From an uncultured delta proteobacterium (GTDB taxonomy: Bacteria; Desulfobacterota; Binatia; Binatales; Binataceae), in the NCBI GenBank assembly GCA_963811865.1, contig CAWESZ010000005.1, positions 801,893-865,892 of the forward strand: 64,000 nucleotides of DNA, in the 5' to 3' direction. A model generated the notes under the pieces. That model was not told the DNA's origin and did not search any database. It saw only the letters and a program-made list of their open reading frames with translations. Positions 29,578-39,895 of the stretch are shown here, piece by piece; positions within the stretch are counted from its first letter, which is position 1, and each line of letters starts with the position of its first letter. The position numbers and the translations under genes were made by a program.

Positions 29578-30690
29578 TCAGGGGGCTGCGGTCGTGCGCG
29601 GAGCCGCTCCTTCTGCCGTTAGCGTGCCTTCCTCGTGAAGCTTCACTTCGGCCCAATGCGCTTCATCTTCGTTCACGAACGGGCCGACGCGCACCTTGTA
29701 CCAGATTTTGGCGCCTATCGGCGTCGCGACCATGTAGCCCTGGTAGCCCCGATGGCGGAGTTTCGCGACCATCTGGTCAGCAGCGCTGTGGTCCGTCACC
29801 GCCTCGATCTGAATGCTGTATCCCTTGTTGCGCAACGGCGACACCGGCGCCAGGATTTCCGGTGCGCCGCGTAGGCCGGAACTCGCGAACGGCGCCGGGC
29901 CGGCCTTGGCGACCAGCGCTCGCGCGGCGCGCTTTGCTTTTCCTGACGCAGTCGCCACTCGCGTGGTCGCCGCGGGCGAACTCGCCACCGCGGCCGGCGT
30001 CGAAGCGGACGCCAGAGATTTCGCAGCCGCACCGGGCCCCTGGTCGGTCGAGGACCCCGCCAGGGACGGCGCCGAGGCGGGAAGCGGGTAGACGGTCGCA
30101 ACTCTCTCGCTGCCCTCCTGCCGCAGTCCGAGCCCGTAGCCCGTCGCCAGCCCGAGCAGGAACATCGAGCCTGAAAGCAACCCGAGTCCCGCCACGATCG
30201 CCAGGGCCTGATAGCCGCTCGCCTTGAACAGGAGCGATGCGGTACCCGCCGGCGCCGCGTGGTGGGAGTCCGCGAGTTTGATCCGCCCGGCCGCATCGGG
30301 CGCAAGCACCTCCACCTCGACCTCTCGGTTAGCCCCGGTTCGGCGCCGCGAAAAAGCCGCGCTCGGTGCTTCCGCTCGCCGCGACTCTGCGCCCCGGGAT
30401 TCCCGGGCCGTGTGGAAGTTGACGAAGGCCGGATCCGCCATTCTGACTCCACTCAGGTCATTTCCGATCTCCGGAGGCTCTTCGATGATTTCCGCGATCG
30501 CATGCGGCTTTCCTGCCGCCCGCGAAATTTCCGGTCCTACCTCCGCGGCGTCACCGTCAACCGGATCGGTGGGCGCCTCGAGGTCGAAAGCCGGTGCCCC
30601 CGACTTGATCACGCCGGCTCGACGCGCGCGCGAACGCGCGCCATCGAGCAGCCGGGTGATTCGTTCTCTCAGGACGGCAGCAATTGCCAT
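29578..30690 (-). CDS. SPOR domain-containing protein (membrane-anchored, cell-division/peptidoglycan-binding)
   Basis: TM helix ALAIVAGLGLLSGSMFLLGLA, low-complexity linker. C-terminal SPOR-like YSIQIEAVTDHSAADQMVAKLRHRGYQGYMV...YKVRVGPF. Confidence 0.7.
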   Translation of the reverse strand: MAIAAVLRERITRLLDGARSRARRAGVIKSGAPAFDLEAPTDPVDGDAAEVGPEISRAAGKPHAIAEIIEEPPEIGNDLSGVRMADPAFVNFHTARESRGAESRRAEAPSAAFSRRRTGANREVEVEVLAPDAAGRIKLADSHHAAPAGTASLLFKASGYQALAIVAGLGLLSGSMFLLGLATGYGLGLRQEGSERVATVYPLPASAPSLAGSSTDQGPGAAAKSLASASTPAAVASSPAATTRVATASGKAKRAARALVAKAGPAPFASSGLRGAPEILAPVSPLRNKGYSIQIEAVTDHSAADQMVAKLRHRGYQGYMVATPIGAKIWYKVRVGPFVNEDEAHWAEVKLHEEGTLTAEGAAPRTTAAP

Positions 30691-30784
30691 TTGGGTTCGG
30701 CGTCGAATAGGCCGGGGCCACTCATGCTAACGGGCGAACGAGATCTTGCAAATCGTCGGCTATTTTTCGGCGCTACGCTACTCG

Positions 30785-33217
30785 TCAATTGTTCGCCGAC
30801 TCCAGCACGCGGACTCTCTGCAGCGCGGACGAGTCGCCCTGGCCGGCCGCCCGGCGATACCACTCGAGCGCCTCGTCGTTATCTCGGGCCACGCCCTGGC
30901 CGTGCTCGTACAGGTAGCCCAGGTTGTACTGAGCATCGACGTGTCCCTGCGCGGCCGCCTTTTGATACCACTGCGCCGCCACGGCGTAGTTCCTGGGCAC
31001 TCCCACCCCGGTGTCGTACATGACGCCCAGATTGTACTCGGCCTTGGGTTCGCCCTGACTCGCAGCTTTCGTGAACCATTCGATGGCCGTGGCGTAGTCG
31101 CGATTGACGCCCCGACCGTTGCAGTACAAGACTCCAAGCCTGGTCTGCGCGTACATCTCGCCTTGCTCCGCCGCCATTCGATACCAACGGGCAGCACCGG
31201 CGTAGTCGCTTACCATCCCTTCTCCGTTTTCGTGCATGAGGCCCAGGTTCAACTGCGCCTTCGCGTAACCCTGCTCGGCAGCCTTGCGATACCAGCGCAT
31301 CGCCAGGCCGTAATTCTGAATGCGGCCGCCGGCTCTCTCATAGACGAAGCCCAAAGCATTCTGCGCGGGGAGATTGCCCCGCTCGGCCGGCTTTCGCAGC
31401 CATTGCAAGGCGAGCGAATAGTCGCGGCTGACGCCCTGACCCATGAGATACCTGGAGCCGAGCTGGTATTGAGCGCGGTCGTCCTCCTGCGCCGCGGCCC
31501 GGCGAAGCCATTTGAGCGCCTGCGCCTGGTCGCGAGCCGCACCCTGTCCCTGGTCGTACATCATCGCCAGATTGTACTCAGCGTCCGGGTCAGCCTGCGC
31601 GGCTGCCGCGATAAACCATCGCAGCGCTACGCCATAATTTTTCGGTACGCCCTCACCTGCGGCATACATGTAACCCAGACCCGATTGCGCTTTGGGATCG
31701 CCGTGAGACGCTCCTTGCTGAAACCAGTGCATCGCCTGCGCATAGTTCACCGCGATGCCCTCGCCGCGCAGATACATATTACCCAAGGCGGCTTCGGCGC
31801 CCGGGTTGCCTTCACGGGCAATCTCGAAAACTTCCTGGAAAGACTGCGAGCCCGCGGCTGCCACCAAATCGGCAGCATGTTCGCCACCCTTGGAGAGCGA
31901 CGCCTGCTGCACCAGTGCGGCGCCGGGCGCCACCGTAGCTTTCGCCTGGTTGGCATTCGCAACCGCAACACTACCTGCCGGCACCACGCTTGCCGGTGCC
32001 ACGCTCGCTGGCGCCACGCCCACTGGCGCCACCGGCTGAGGAGGCTTGTTCGTCGCTTCCGCCACTTGGGGCGGCCCGCCTCCTTCTTCGACCCGGGCAT
32101 GAAAGCTACGCAACCGTCGGTCGAGCATCAGCACGGAGGCGGCGGAAAGCAGCACCATTATGCCGACGATAGCGGCGACGAACCGCGGCGAAAGCAACTG
32201 AATTTTGGGACCTGGAGCGGGTGCCTGCTCCGTGACCGGGGACGCGGGCCACAGCCCGGCCTCATGCGAATCCCGTTGCCCTCCCATCACGAGCGCGATC
32301 ATCGATGCGGCAACACCCGAGACGTTGTCAGGCAGAGCGAGGGCGTTGTCGCCGCCCTTGTCGAGCTTGCCGAACCGCTGCGCGATACTGAGTCGCGCCG
32401 CATCCAACCCTCCGGTTTCCTGAAGCGCATTCGCCACTTCTCTGATTCCCGCCGCCGTCGCCGCGGCAACCGCCCGGATGGCGGCGGCGCGTGCTTCCGC
32501 TTCGTTGATCTCGCGCTGCTGACGCGCCTCCGAGGCCCGGATCTCCTCCTGCTTCCTTGCCTCTGCGAGGTTGATCAGCGCGTCGCGTTTGCCCTCGGAT
32601 TCCAGGATCGCGGCCCGCTTCTCATGCTCCGCGCGCACCGGACCCTCGATGGCCGAGCGGACTTCTTCCGAAAGCCTTAGGTTCTTGATCTCATAACGCA
32701 GCACCTGGACGCCCCAGGCGGCCGCTACCTCGTTGAGTTCGCCAACGATATGGGCAGTGATCGCCGATCGCTCCTCGAAAGTTCGATCCAAATCGATCTT
32801 GTCGATTTCAGTGCGGATGGTCGTGCGGGCCAACTGAGCGACGGCCAGGCTCGCGCCGTCGTGGGCCCGACCAGGCCTGTCATTGGCGGCGCCCAGGCTC
32901 GCGTCGGGCATAGCATACGAGACCCGGACCGGATCCTTAATTCGATAGTGCACGACGGCATCGACTTTGATGAGCACTTTGTCTTTCGTAAGGCAGTCTT
33001 GTTGGTCGACAGCGATGAACTGCTCTTTCAAGTTGTGCCGGTGCTTGATGGTATTGAAGAACGGCGCGATCAGGTGCAGCCCGGCTTTCAGGGTCTGGTC
33101 ATATTTTCCCAACCGCTCGACGATCCAGGCCTCTTCCTGCGGCACCACGTTGACGACCGACCGGAGTACGAAAATCGTCGCGGCTGCGAGCACAATGATG
33201 ACAAGGATTATAGCCAT
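30785..33217 (-). CDS. SPFH/band-7 (stomatin-like) domain - TM - Sel1-repeat fusion protein (810 aa)
   Basis: N-terminal TM anchor, SPFH core (VVPQEEAWIVERLGKYDQTLKAGLHLIAPF...). A second TM helix (FVAAIVGIMVLLSAASVLML). About 9 Sel1 repeats (A[QK]xxLGxMYxxGxGVxxDYxxAxxWYxKAA). Confidence 0.8.
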   Translation of the reverse strand: MAIILVIIVLAAATIFVLRSVVNVVPQEEAWIVERLGKYDQTLKAGLHLIAPFFNTIKHRHNLKEQFIAVDQQDCLTKDKVLIKVDAVVHYRIKDPVRVSYAMPDASLGAANDRPGRAHDGASLAVAQLARTTIRTEIDKIDLDRTFEERSAITAHIVGELNEVAAAWGVQVLRYEIKNLRLSEEVRSAIEGPVRAEHEKRAAILESEGKRDALINLAEARKQEEIRASEARQQREINEAEARAAAIRAVAAATAAGIREVANALQETGGLDAARLSIAQRFGKLDKGGDNALALPDNVSGVAASMIALVMGGQRDSHEAGLWPASPVTEQAPAPGPKIQLLSPRFVAAIVGIMVLLSAASVLMLDRRLRSFHARVEEGGGPPQVAEATNKPPQPVAPVGVAPASVAPASVVPAGSVAVANANQAKATVAPGAALVQQASLSKGGEHAADLVAAAGSQSFQEVFEIAREGNPGAEAALGNMYLRGEGIAVNYAQAMHWFQQGASHGDPKAQSGLGYMYAAGEGVPKNYGVALRWFIAAAAQADPDAEYNLAMMYDQGQGAARDQAQALKWLRRAAAQEDDRAQYQLGSRYLMGQGVSRDYSLALQWLRKPAERGNLPAQNALGFVYERAGGRIQNYGLAMRWYRKAAEQGYAKAQLNLGLMHENGEGMVSDYAGAARWYRMAAEQGEMYAQTRLGVLYCNGRGVNRDYATAIEWFTKAASQGEPKAEYNLGVMYDTGVGVPRNYAVAAQWYQKAAAQGHVDAQYNLGYLYEHGQGVARDNDEALEWYRRAAGQGDSSALQRVRVLESANN

Positions 33218-33407
33218 CGGTTCCCCGCCGGGGGGCTCCCAATTTCGGGCACGATCAGCGCGGAAGTATTAACCAAGCGGCCTGCCTTTGCAAAGGCTCG
33301 AACCAGATCTCCGGTCGCGACGTGCCTACCCCCGAATTGATGCTGCCGTTCACCGTCAAATTCTGCCGTTCCAAAGTCCGACGACACGATATACACTACG
33401 CGACCAT

Positions 33408-34284
33408 ATGACCTCCGACCCCGACCCGCGCTCGCGGGTTTTCCTGCGTACCGTGTCCTTCGCGATGCTGCTGATTCTGGCTGCGACGCTCGGCGCTTGC
33501 CGCGCCGTCGGCGTGGCGCCGTCGGCGACCTCCAACGTCGAGCCGTTCAGCTTTCAGATCACCGTCGGCAAGAGCCAGTATCAAATCGAGGCGTACCTGG
33601 CGCGCAGCAGCAAACCCGGACCCTTGCCGGCGCTGCTGGTCCTCAACGGCGGCGAGAGCGACGCGCGCAAGTGCGCGGACGCGAACCGCGACCTCACCGA
33701 GCTCGGGATGCAGGTCGCGTGCGTGAGTATCCCGGGCTACGGGCGATCCTCGGGGCCGGGCCGTTTCGTCGGGCCGCAAGCAGTCGCGGCGGCGCGGCGC
33801 GCGCTCGATCTGTTGGCGGAACGAAAAGATGTGGACCCCACCCGGCTGGGAGTCTGGGGCCTCAGTGACGGCGCGGTGGCGGCCGGCCTGCTGATGGACG
33901 TTCGATCCGCGGCCGCGCGCGGTCGTGTTGCAATCCGGCGCGTACGACATGCTCACCCTGTGGCCGGAAGCGCGCTGGACCACCAAGCTCTCGATTCTCC
34001 GCCAGGTATGGCCGAGCAGCCGCGTACTCAAGGAACGCAGCGTGATCCAGCATCTGCCGCCCCGCCTCGATTGCAGCGTGTTGATCCTGCACGGCGAGCG
34101 GGACCGCAAGACGCCGGTAGATCAGGCGGAGCACCTCGCCCAGGCGCTGCGGGAGCGTGGAACCCGGGTTCAGGAGTATTACTTCCCAACCGCGCCCCAC
34201 TCGATCGGCAAGCAGGCCGAGCCCCGAGTCGCCGATTTCCTGCGCGATAACCTGCTGAACAGCAGCTCGCAGGCCAAGTCCTGA
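33408..34284 (+). CDS. alpha/beta hydrolase (peptidase S9/dienelactone hydrolase-like) lipoprotein; apparent frameshift near 33900
   Basis: Lipoprotein signal LLILAATLGAC. Nucleophile elbow GLSDG. C-terminal part (ORF 33925-34284) with ILHGERDRKTPVDQAEHL...APHS in another frame. Confidence 0.6.
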
Positions 34285-34327
34285 TAAGTCTTGATCGGCC
34301 CGCGCGCCCGTTCCGAATCGTTTCCCC

Positions 34328-34855
34328 TCAACCCAGTTCCTTCAACGCTTCGACCACCGCCTCGGGATGGCCCTCCACCTTGACCCGGGGAAAGACCCGG
34401 CGAATCACGCCCGCTTTGTCGATCACAAAGGTCGTTCGCTCGATTCCCATGAATTCGCGGCCGTAGAGCGACTTCTTTTTCCATACGCCGTAGAGTTTCG
34501 CGACCCGATGGTCCGCGTCGGCCAGCAACGGAAACTTGAGCCTGTATTTCGCCGCAAACTTCTGATGCGATCCCGACGAGTCGCCGGACACTCCCACGAC
34601 CTGCGCTCCGGCCGCGGAAATCGCGCCGCTCCGGTCCTGAAAGTCGCAGGCCTCGCGCGTGCATCCGGGGGTCATGTCCTTGGGATAAAAATAGAGCACG
34701 AGATTGCCGCGCCCGATCAGATCCTTGAGCTTGACCGGCGCGCCCGCAGAATCGGGTAACTCAAAAGCCGGCGCTTTCGTGCCTTCGAGCTCATGTTTGC
34801 TCGCGCGATCGCGGGCTGCGGATCCGGATTTGGACTTCTTTGCGGCCATCGTCAC
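34328..34855 (-). CDS. bcp: peroxiredoxin Bcp (thiol peroxidase)
   Basis: YFYPKDMTPGCTREACDF peroxidatic Cys motif, AhpC/TSA fold, 175 aa. Confidence 0.85.
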   Translation of the reverse strand: MTMAAKKSKSGSAARDRASKHELEGTKAPAFELPDSAGAPVKLKDLIGRGNLVLYFYPKDMTPGCTREACDFQDRSGAISAAGAQVVGVSGDSSGSHQKFAAKYRLKFPLLADADHRVAKLYGVWKKKSLYGREFMGIERTTFVIDKAGVIRRVFPRVKVEGHPEAVVEALKELG

Positions 34856-35023
34856 TCCTTCCTTACAAGGGCGCGAAAAGCCTGGCGGGGCTTCACGGCT
34901 CGATTATGCGGTCAACCTGCGATCTGAGAAAGTCCTTATATTGCAAGGACTTACGCGCATCCTAGTTGACGGGCTGCCAGCCACGCTCTACACTTGCGGC
35001 GGGTCAGATCCCACCTCTGTTAA

Positions 35024-36138
35024 ATGGCTGTTTACACTGAGTTAAACAAGCAGTTCCTTTCGGAACTGGCCGAGGATTACGGTTTCGGCCGTGTGATCCG
35101 CGCGCTCGGAATTCGCGAGGGCTCGGTCAACACCAACTATCTGCTCGAAACCGCCAAGGGCAAATTCCTTGCTGCGGGTCGACGAGGTCAAGAGCGAGAA
35201 CGAGCTTCGCCGCGAGATCGATCTGCTGGTCTTCCTGCGCAAGCACTCGCTTTCCTTGTCCCCATCCGCTGCAGGATCGCAAGGGCCGCTACTATCGCGA
35301 GTACTCGGCGCCAAGTGCATCTCGGTTTACAAATATCACGGAGGGCCGCATCGATCCCGCCGAGCGGCTGCGTCCCAGCCCAGCTCGAAACCGTCGGCCG
35401 CGCGCTGGCGCGAGCTGCACGTAATCGGCAAGGGCTACAAGAAGGGCATCGACAACCGCTTCAGTTTCGAGCGCGTCGCCGATCTCTACTTCAACGTGCG
35501 CAGCCGCCTGCCGAATTATTTCCGCCGAGATCAGCCGCACGCTCGACGACGAAGTCGAATACTTGAGCCACTACCTCGAAGGCAAGCTGCCCAAGGGCAT
35601 GATTCACGGCGATCTGTTCGCCGACAATCTGCTGTTTCGCGGCGAACGGCTGACGTCGGTACTGGACTTCGAGGCCGCCTGCCGCGGCAAGTTCATTTTC
35701 GATATCGCGACTGCGGTCAACGCGCTGTGCTTCGTCGACGGCCGATATTCGCTCGATCGTTTCCGCTATCGTGCTGCAGCGGATACGAGTCGCTGCGCAC
35801 GCTCTCGCTCGCCGAATGGGACGCCTTCCCCAACGAGTTGCGCTATTCCTCGTTGCGCTTCACCGTTACCCGCCTGCACGATTTTTTCCTGCGCCCCGGA
35901 CGACGGCGTCTATCGCGTCAACAAGGACTTCCGCGAGTTCTTCGAGCGCCTGCGAATCCTGCGCCGCGAGAAAGAGGGCGGGATGGAAGCATTGCTGATG
36001 GCGATGGCGACCGGCTACGACTACCGCAAGTACCAGAAGGTCAAGGCCAGCGAGCGCCAAGCCGAGCGTACCTGCGAGGTCATTCCGCTTGGCCTCCCTC
36101 TGCCCCTACGGCGATCAGGCCGCTTTAGCCTCGGCTGA
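35024..36138 (+). CDS. thrB: homoserine kinase type II (APH-fold ThrB); several apparent frameshifts
   Basis: N-terminal MAVYTELNKQFLSELAEDYGFGRVIRALGIREGSVNTNYLLETAKGKF and catalytic IHGDLFADNLLF lie in different frames (ORFs 35024-35566, 35169-36128, 35563-36138). The 3' end is uncertain. Confidence 0.7.
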
Positions 36139-37030
36139 CGCCTGCCGAAACCCCCTGCTGTGGCTCGAAGTCGCGCCGCCGCGCGGCGTCAATTACGAGC
36201 CGCTGCTCAAGAAGCTGGCCGTACTCAAGGATCGGGTCGACGCGCTCAACCTGACCGACAACGCGATGGCGCGGGTCAAGATGTCCGCGCTGGTGTTCGG
36301 CGGCGATGATCAAGGCGCGCCTCGAGATGCCGGTCGTCGCTCAACTTCTCCTGCCGCGATCGCAACCGCTTCGCGCTCAAGTCCGATCTGCTCGGCGCCG
36401 GTGCGCTCGGAATCGACGCCGTGGTCGCGCTCGGTGGCGACAAGATCGCCGACGGCGGAGCCGGTGCGCGCCGTCAACGACGTCGACGCCTACGGCCTGA
36501 TGCGGATTATCGGCGAGCTTAATCGCGGCGACACCGGCGAGGGCAAGCGTCCGCTGAAAGCGCTGCCCACGCTGGTCACCGGCGGCGGTCGCCAACCCGA
36601 ACCGCAAGAATCTCGAGCGCGAGTTCGAGTTGCTCCAGCGCAAGGCCGCGGCCGGCGCGAAGTTCGTGATCACGCAGCCGGTCTTCGACGCCGAAGTCGG
36701 CCGCGCGTTTCTCAAGCTCGCGGCCAACTGCGGCCTGAAGGCGATCCTGGGCGTGCTGCCGGTCAAGCGCGACGCGATGGCGGCCTATTTGAAAGATCGG
36801 GTCAAAGACTTGAGCACCGCGGCGCCATTTCTAGATCGCTACGCCGGGATGAGCGACGATGAGGCGCACCGCTTCTCGATCACGCAGAATCTGGAACTGA
36901 TGAGGGCGCTGGCACGCGAGGCCGCGGGGTTTAGTCGTGATGAGCGGCGGCGGGCCGTCACTTGCGATCGAGCTCGCGCTCGAGTTCAGCCAGTGGCGCG
37001 CGAGCGCCGGTCTCTGAGTCCTGCACAAGG
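36089..37030 (+). CDS. methylenetetrahydrofolate reductase (MetF)-like protein; several apparent frameshifts
   Basis: N-terminal [16 protein letters not shown]...[15 protein letters not shown] (ORF 36089-36862). C-terminal [14 protein letters not shown]...AILGVLPV (ORF 36630-37235) in another frame. Confidence 0.55.
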
Positions 37031-37039
37031 AGCGCAACG

Positions 37040-37700
37040 ATGGCTTCCCATCGCACCTCGATCTGCCAATCACACCGCGGACGAAACGCGCGAGCTGCCA
37101 ATCACGACGCCTGATGCTGAAATCAGCGTCCAGGACGCGGTGCGCGTGCTGCTCAAGCATATCGGTGAGGATCCCGAACGCGAGGGGCTGCGCCGCACGC
37201 CCGAGCGCGTCGTGCAGGCGCACTCGAGTTCCTGACCCGCGGCTACACGAGGACCCCAAGGCGGCGATCAACGGCGCGCTGTTCGACGAAGAAGATTACC
37301 AGGAGATGATCCTGTGCAAGGATCTCGACTTCTACTCGCTGTGCGAGCATCACCTGCTCCCGTTCATGGGCAAGGCGCACGTCGCATATCTGCCCAAGCG
37401 GCGCATATCATCGGGCTCTCGAAACTCGCCCGGATGGTCGAGATCTATGCGCGCCGGCTGCAGGTGCAGGAGCGGCTGACCACCCAGATCGCCCAGACGA
37501 TCATGGAGGAGATCAATCCGCTCGGCGTCGCGGTCGTGCTCGAAGCCGAGCATCTGTGCATGCGGATGCGCGGAGTGGAGAAGCAGAATTCGCTGGGTCA
37601 CGACCTCGGCGATGCTCGGGCGTGTTTCGGACCAATCATCGAGACGCGCCAGGAATTCATGAACTTCTGCGTCGCGCAAGTGCCAAGAGCGTGCATCGTC
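37040..37700 (+). CDS. folE: GTP cyclohydrolase I; several apparent frameshifts, stop not resolved
   Basis: [89 protein letters not shown], spread over three frames. Direct repeat ctgccaatcac x2 at the start. Confidence 0.7.
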
Positions 37701-37716
37701 GGCGCGCCGCAGATCA

Positions 37717-38432
37717 TGGAGGCTTCGAGCGTGACGGGCACACCGGCAGCTCTCATGCCGCGATCTCGAGGCGCTCGGCGTCTACGCGCTGCGCTACGTC
37801 AAGCCCGGGCAGACGCTCGGCCTCGGCACCGGGCGCGCGGCCATCGCGTTTATCCGGGCGCTGGGCGCCAGCAGGCATCAAGGTCCGCGGCGTGCCGACC
37901 TCGAAAGCGCAGCGAGAAGCTGGCCGCGAGATGCGGAATCGAGGTCGTCGAGCTCGCCGAAGTCACCGAAGATCGACATCGACCTTCGACGGCGCCGACG
38001 AGGTCGATCCGCGGCTCAACCTGATCAAGGGATGGGCGGCGCGACTGGTGCGCGAGAAAGTGGTGGCGGCCGCGTCGCGCCGGCGGATCATCCTGGTCGG
38101 CGAAGAGAAGCTCGTCAAGCGGCTGGGCGCGCGCGGCGCTGCCGGTCGAAGTGCGTGCCGTTCGCCGCGCCGTTCACGTCATGCGGCGGATCGCCGCGCT
38201 TGGCCTCAAGCCCAGATCCGCGTCGATGACAGCGGCGCGCGAGTTCTTCAGCGACAACGGCAACCTGATCGCAGACTGCGGCGTCAAGGAGATTCGCAAT
38301 CCGGCGCGGCTCGATCGCGAGCTGCGCGAGATTCCCGGCGTGATCGGGACCGGCCTGTTCGTTGCGATGGCCGACTTGGTGCTGGTTGCCGAAGCGGGCG
38401 GGAAGATCCGGACGCTCAGGCGTTCCAGTTGA
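37717..38432 (+). CDS. rpiA: ribose-5-phosphate isomerase A; about 5 apparent frameshifts
   Basis: [112 protein letters not shown]...[10 protein letters not shown] found in alternating frames. Confidence 0.7.
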
Positions 38433-39760
38433 GCCTTCCGGCTTCCGTTCGCAGCCATCTCGAGCAGATCTTTCGCGGCGCGCTCGCCGCGGTCGCCCCG
38501 GAGCAGCTCGTTGCGCGCGTCCTCGACGGTGCGATCCCCGGCGCCGAGCGCGTTCCGGCGACAATCGCGGAATCACAGAGCGTCTACCTGCTCGCGGCCG
38601 GCAAGGCCGCGTACGGGATGGGAACCGCGCTTGAACGCGCCCTCGGTCCCAAGCTTCGCCGGGCCGTCGCCGTGATCCCAAGGGGCGTGCCGCGGCCTTC
38701 GGACGCGTCCTCGCGAATCGAGTTCATCGAAGCCGCGCATCCGATTCCCGATGAGTCTTCGCTGCGCGCGGCTCGCGCGGCGCTCGATCTCGCCCGCCGC
38801 GCCGGCCCCGGCGATCTGCTCGTCGCCGCGATCAGCGGCGGCGCCTCCGCGATGCTTGCGATGCCCGCAGGCCCGATCACGCTTGCCGACAAGGTCGCCG
38901 TTACCTCCGCGTTGCTTCGCGCGGGCGCACCGATTCGCGAATTCAACCTGGTGCGCAAGCATCTCTCGGCTATCAAGGGTGGGAACCTGCTGCGCGCGTG
39001 CGGCCGTGGGGCGCGGGTGCTGAGCCTGATTATCTCCGACGTGCCGGGCAGCGATCTGGGGACGATCGGCTCGGGACTCACGGCCGCGGATTCGACCACC
39101 TACGCCGAGGCGATCGGCGTGCTCAAGCGCTATCCGGGCCTGTGGGGGCGCACGCCCGAACCGATCCGGGAGCATCTGGAACGCGGCTTGGCCGGTGCGA
39201 TCGCGGAAACGCTCAAGCCCGGCGATCCCGAGCTCGAGCGAGCGACCAACCTGATAATCGGCGACAATACCGCGGCGCTGGACGGCGCGGAACGGGCGGC
39301 GCGCGCGCTCGGATACGCGGTCGACCGCTGGCGCACGCTGCGTGGCGAGGCCAACGACCTCGGCCGCGCGCTCGCGGCTCATCTGTGCGCCCTTCGCGCG
39401 CCGCGGCTCTGCGTGCTCGCTGGCGGTGAGCCGGTCGTGACGGTCGCGGGGCCAGGGCAGGGCGGCCGCGCGCAGCAGTGCGCGCTGGCCTTGGCGATGG
39501 AACTGGCGCGCCTTGCGCCGGAGCGCAAGATCGCGGCGTTGTTCGCCGGCAGCGACGGAATCGACGGGCCGACCGACGCGGCCGGAGCGTTTGCCGCTCC
39601 CGATTCGGTCGCGGCCGCAACCGCCGCCGGCGTCGATGCAGAGCAGGCGCTGCGCCGCAATGATTCACATCAAGTGTTCAAAGCAATCGGCGATTTGCTC
39701 GTCACCGGCGCCACCGGCACCAACGTCGCCGACCTGTTCGTCGGTCTCGTCAACTATTGA
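38429..39760 (+). CDS. glycerate 2-kinase (MOFRL family), intact; TTG start overlapping rpiA stop (gTTGA)
   Basis: MOFRL-family hallmarks along the full length (...[12 protein letters not shown]..., [35 protein letters not shown]). Confidence 0.8.
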   Translation: MSLPASVRSHLEQIFRGALAAVAPEQLVARVLDGAIPGAERVPATIAESQSVYLLAAGKAAYGMGTALERALGPKLRRAVAVIPRGVPRPSDASSRIEFIEAAHPIPDESSLRAARAALDLARRAGPGDLLVAAISGGASAMLAMPAGPITLADKVAVTSALLRAGAPIREFNLVRKHLSAIKGGNLLRACGRGARVLSLIISDVPGSDLGTIGSGLTAADSTTYAEAIGVLKRYPGLWGRTPEPIREHLERGLAGAIAETLKPGDPELERATNLIIGDNTAALDGAERAARALGYAVDRWRTLRGEANDLGRALAAHLCALRAPRLCVLAGGEPVVTVAGPGQGGRAQQCALALAMELARLAPERKIAALFAGSDGIDGPTDAAGAFAAPDSVAAATAAGVDAEQALRRNDSHQVFKAIGDLLVTGATGTNVADLFVGLVNY

Positions 39761-39870
39761 GTAGCGGGCGGTTTTGGAGTCGGATGGCCGGCAGGGACGC
39801 CGGCCACTACCCTGAAGGAAGCTGTCTTTGGGTAGAGGCCGGCCTCCGTGCCGGCCCGTGCGGTCAAAAC
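39761..39870. repeat. GC-rich REP-like palindromic element (gtagcgggcggttttggagtcgg ... ccggcagggacgccggcc ... cggtcaaaaccgcctactac)
   Basis: 16-bp terminal inverted repeats and internal palindromes. Shares a 22-nt block with the element at 62378 and the cagggacgccg block. Confidence 0.5.
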
Positions 39871-39895
39871 CGCCTACTACCAACTATCGCACTGA

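Noticed and set aside
35024-38432. Calling the frameshifted thrB, folE, rpiA, plsX and fabD as true pseudogenes
   Set aside because: Multiple indels with preserved amino-acid conservation in essential genes is far more consistent with sequencing or assembly error. They are annotated as CDS with apparent frameshifts.
37556-39760. 734-aa single ORF in the six-frame track
   Set aside because: It is a read-through artefact. Its 5' part covers out-of-frame remnants of folE and rpiA, and only the 3' part (38429-39760) is the genuine glycerate kinase gene.
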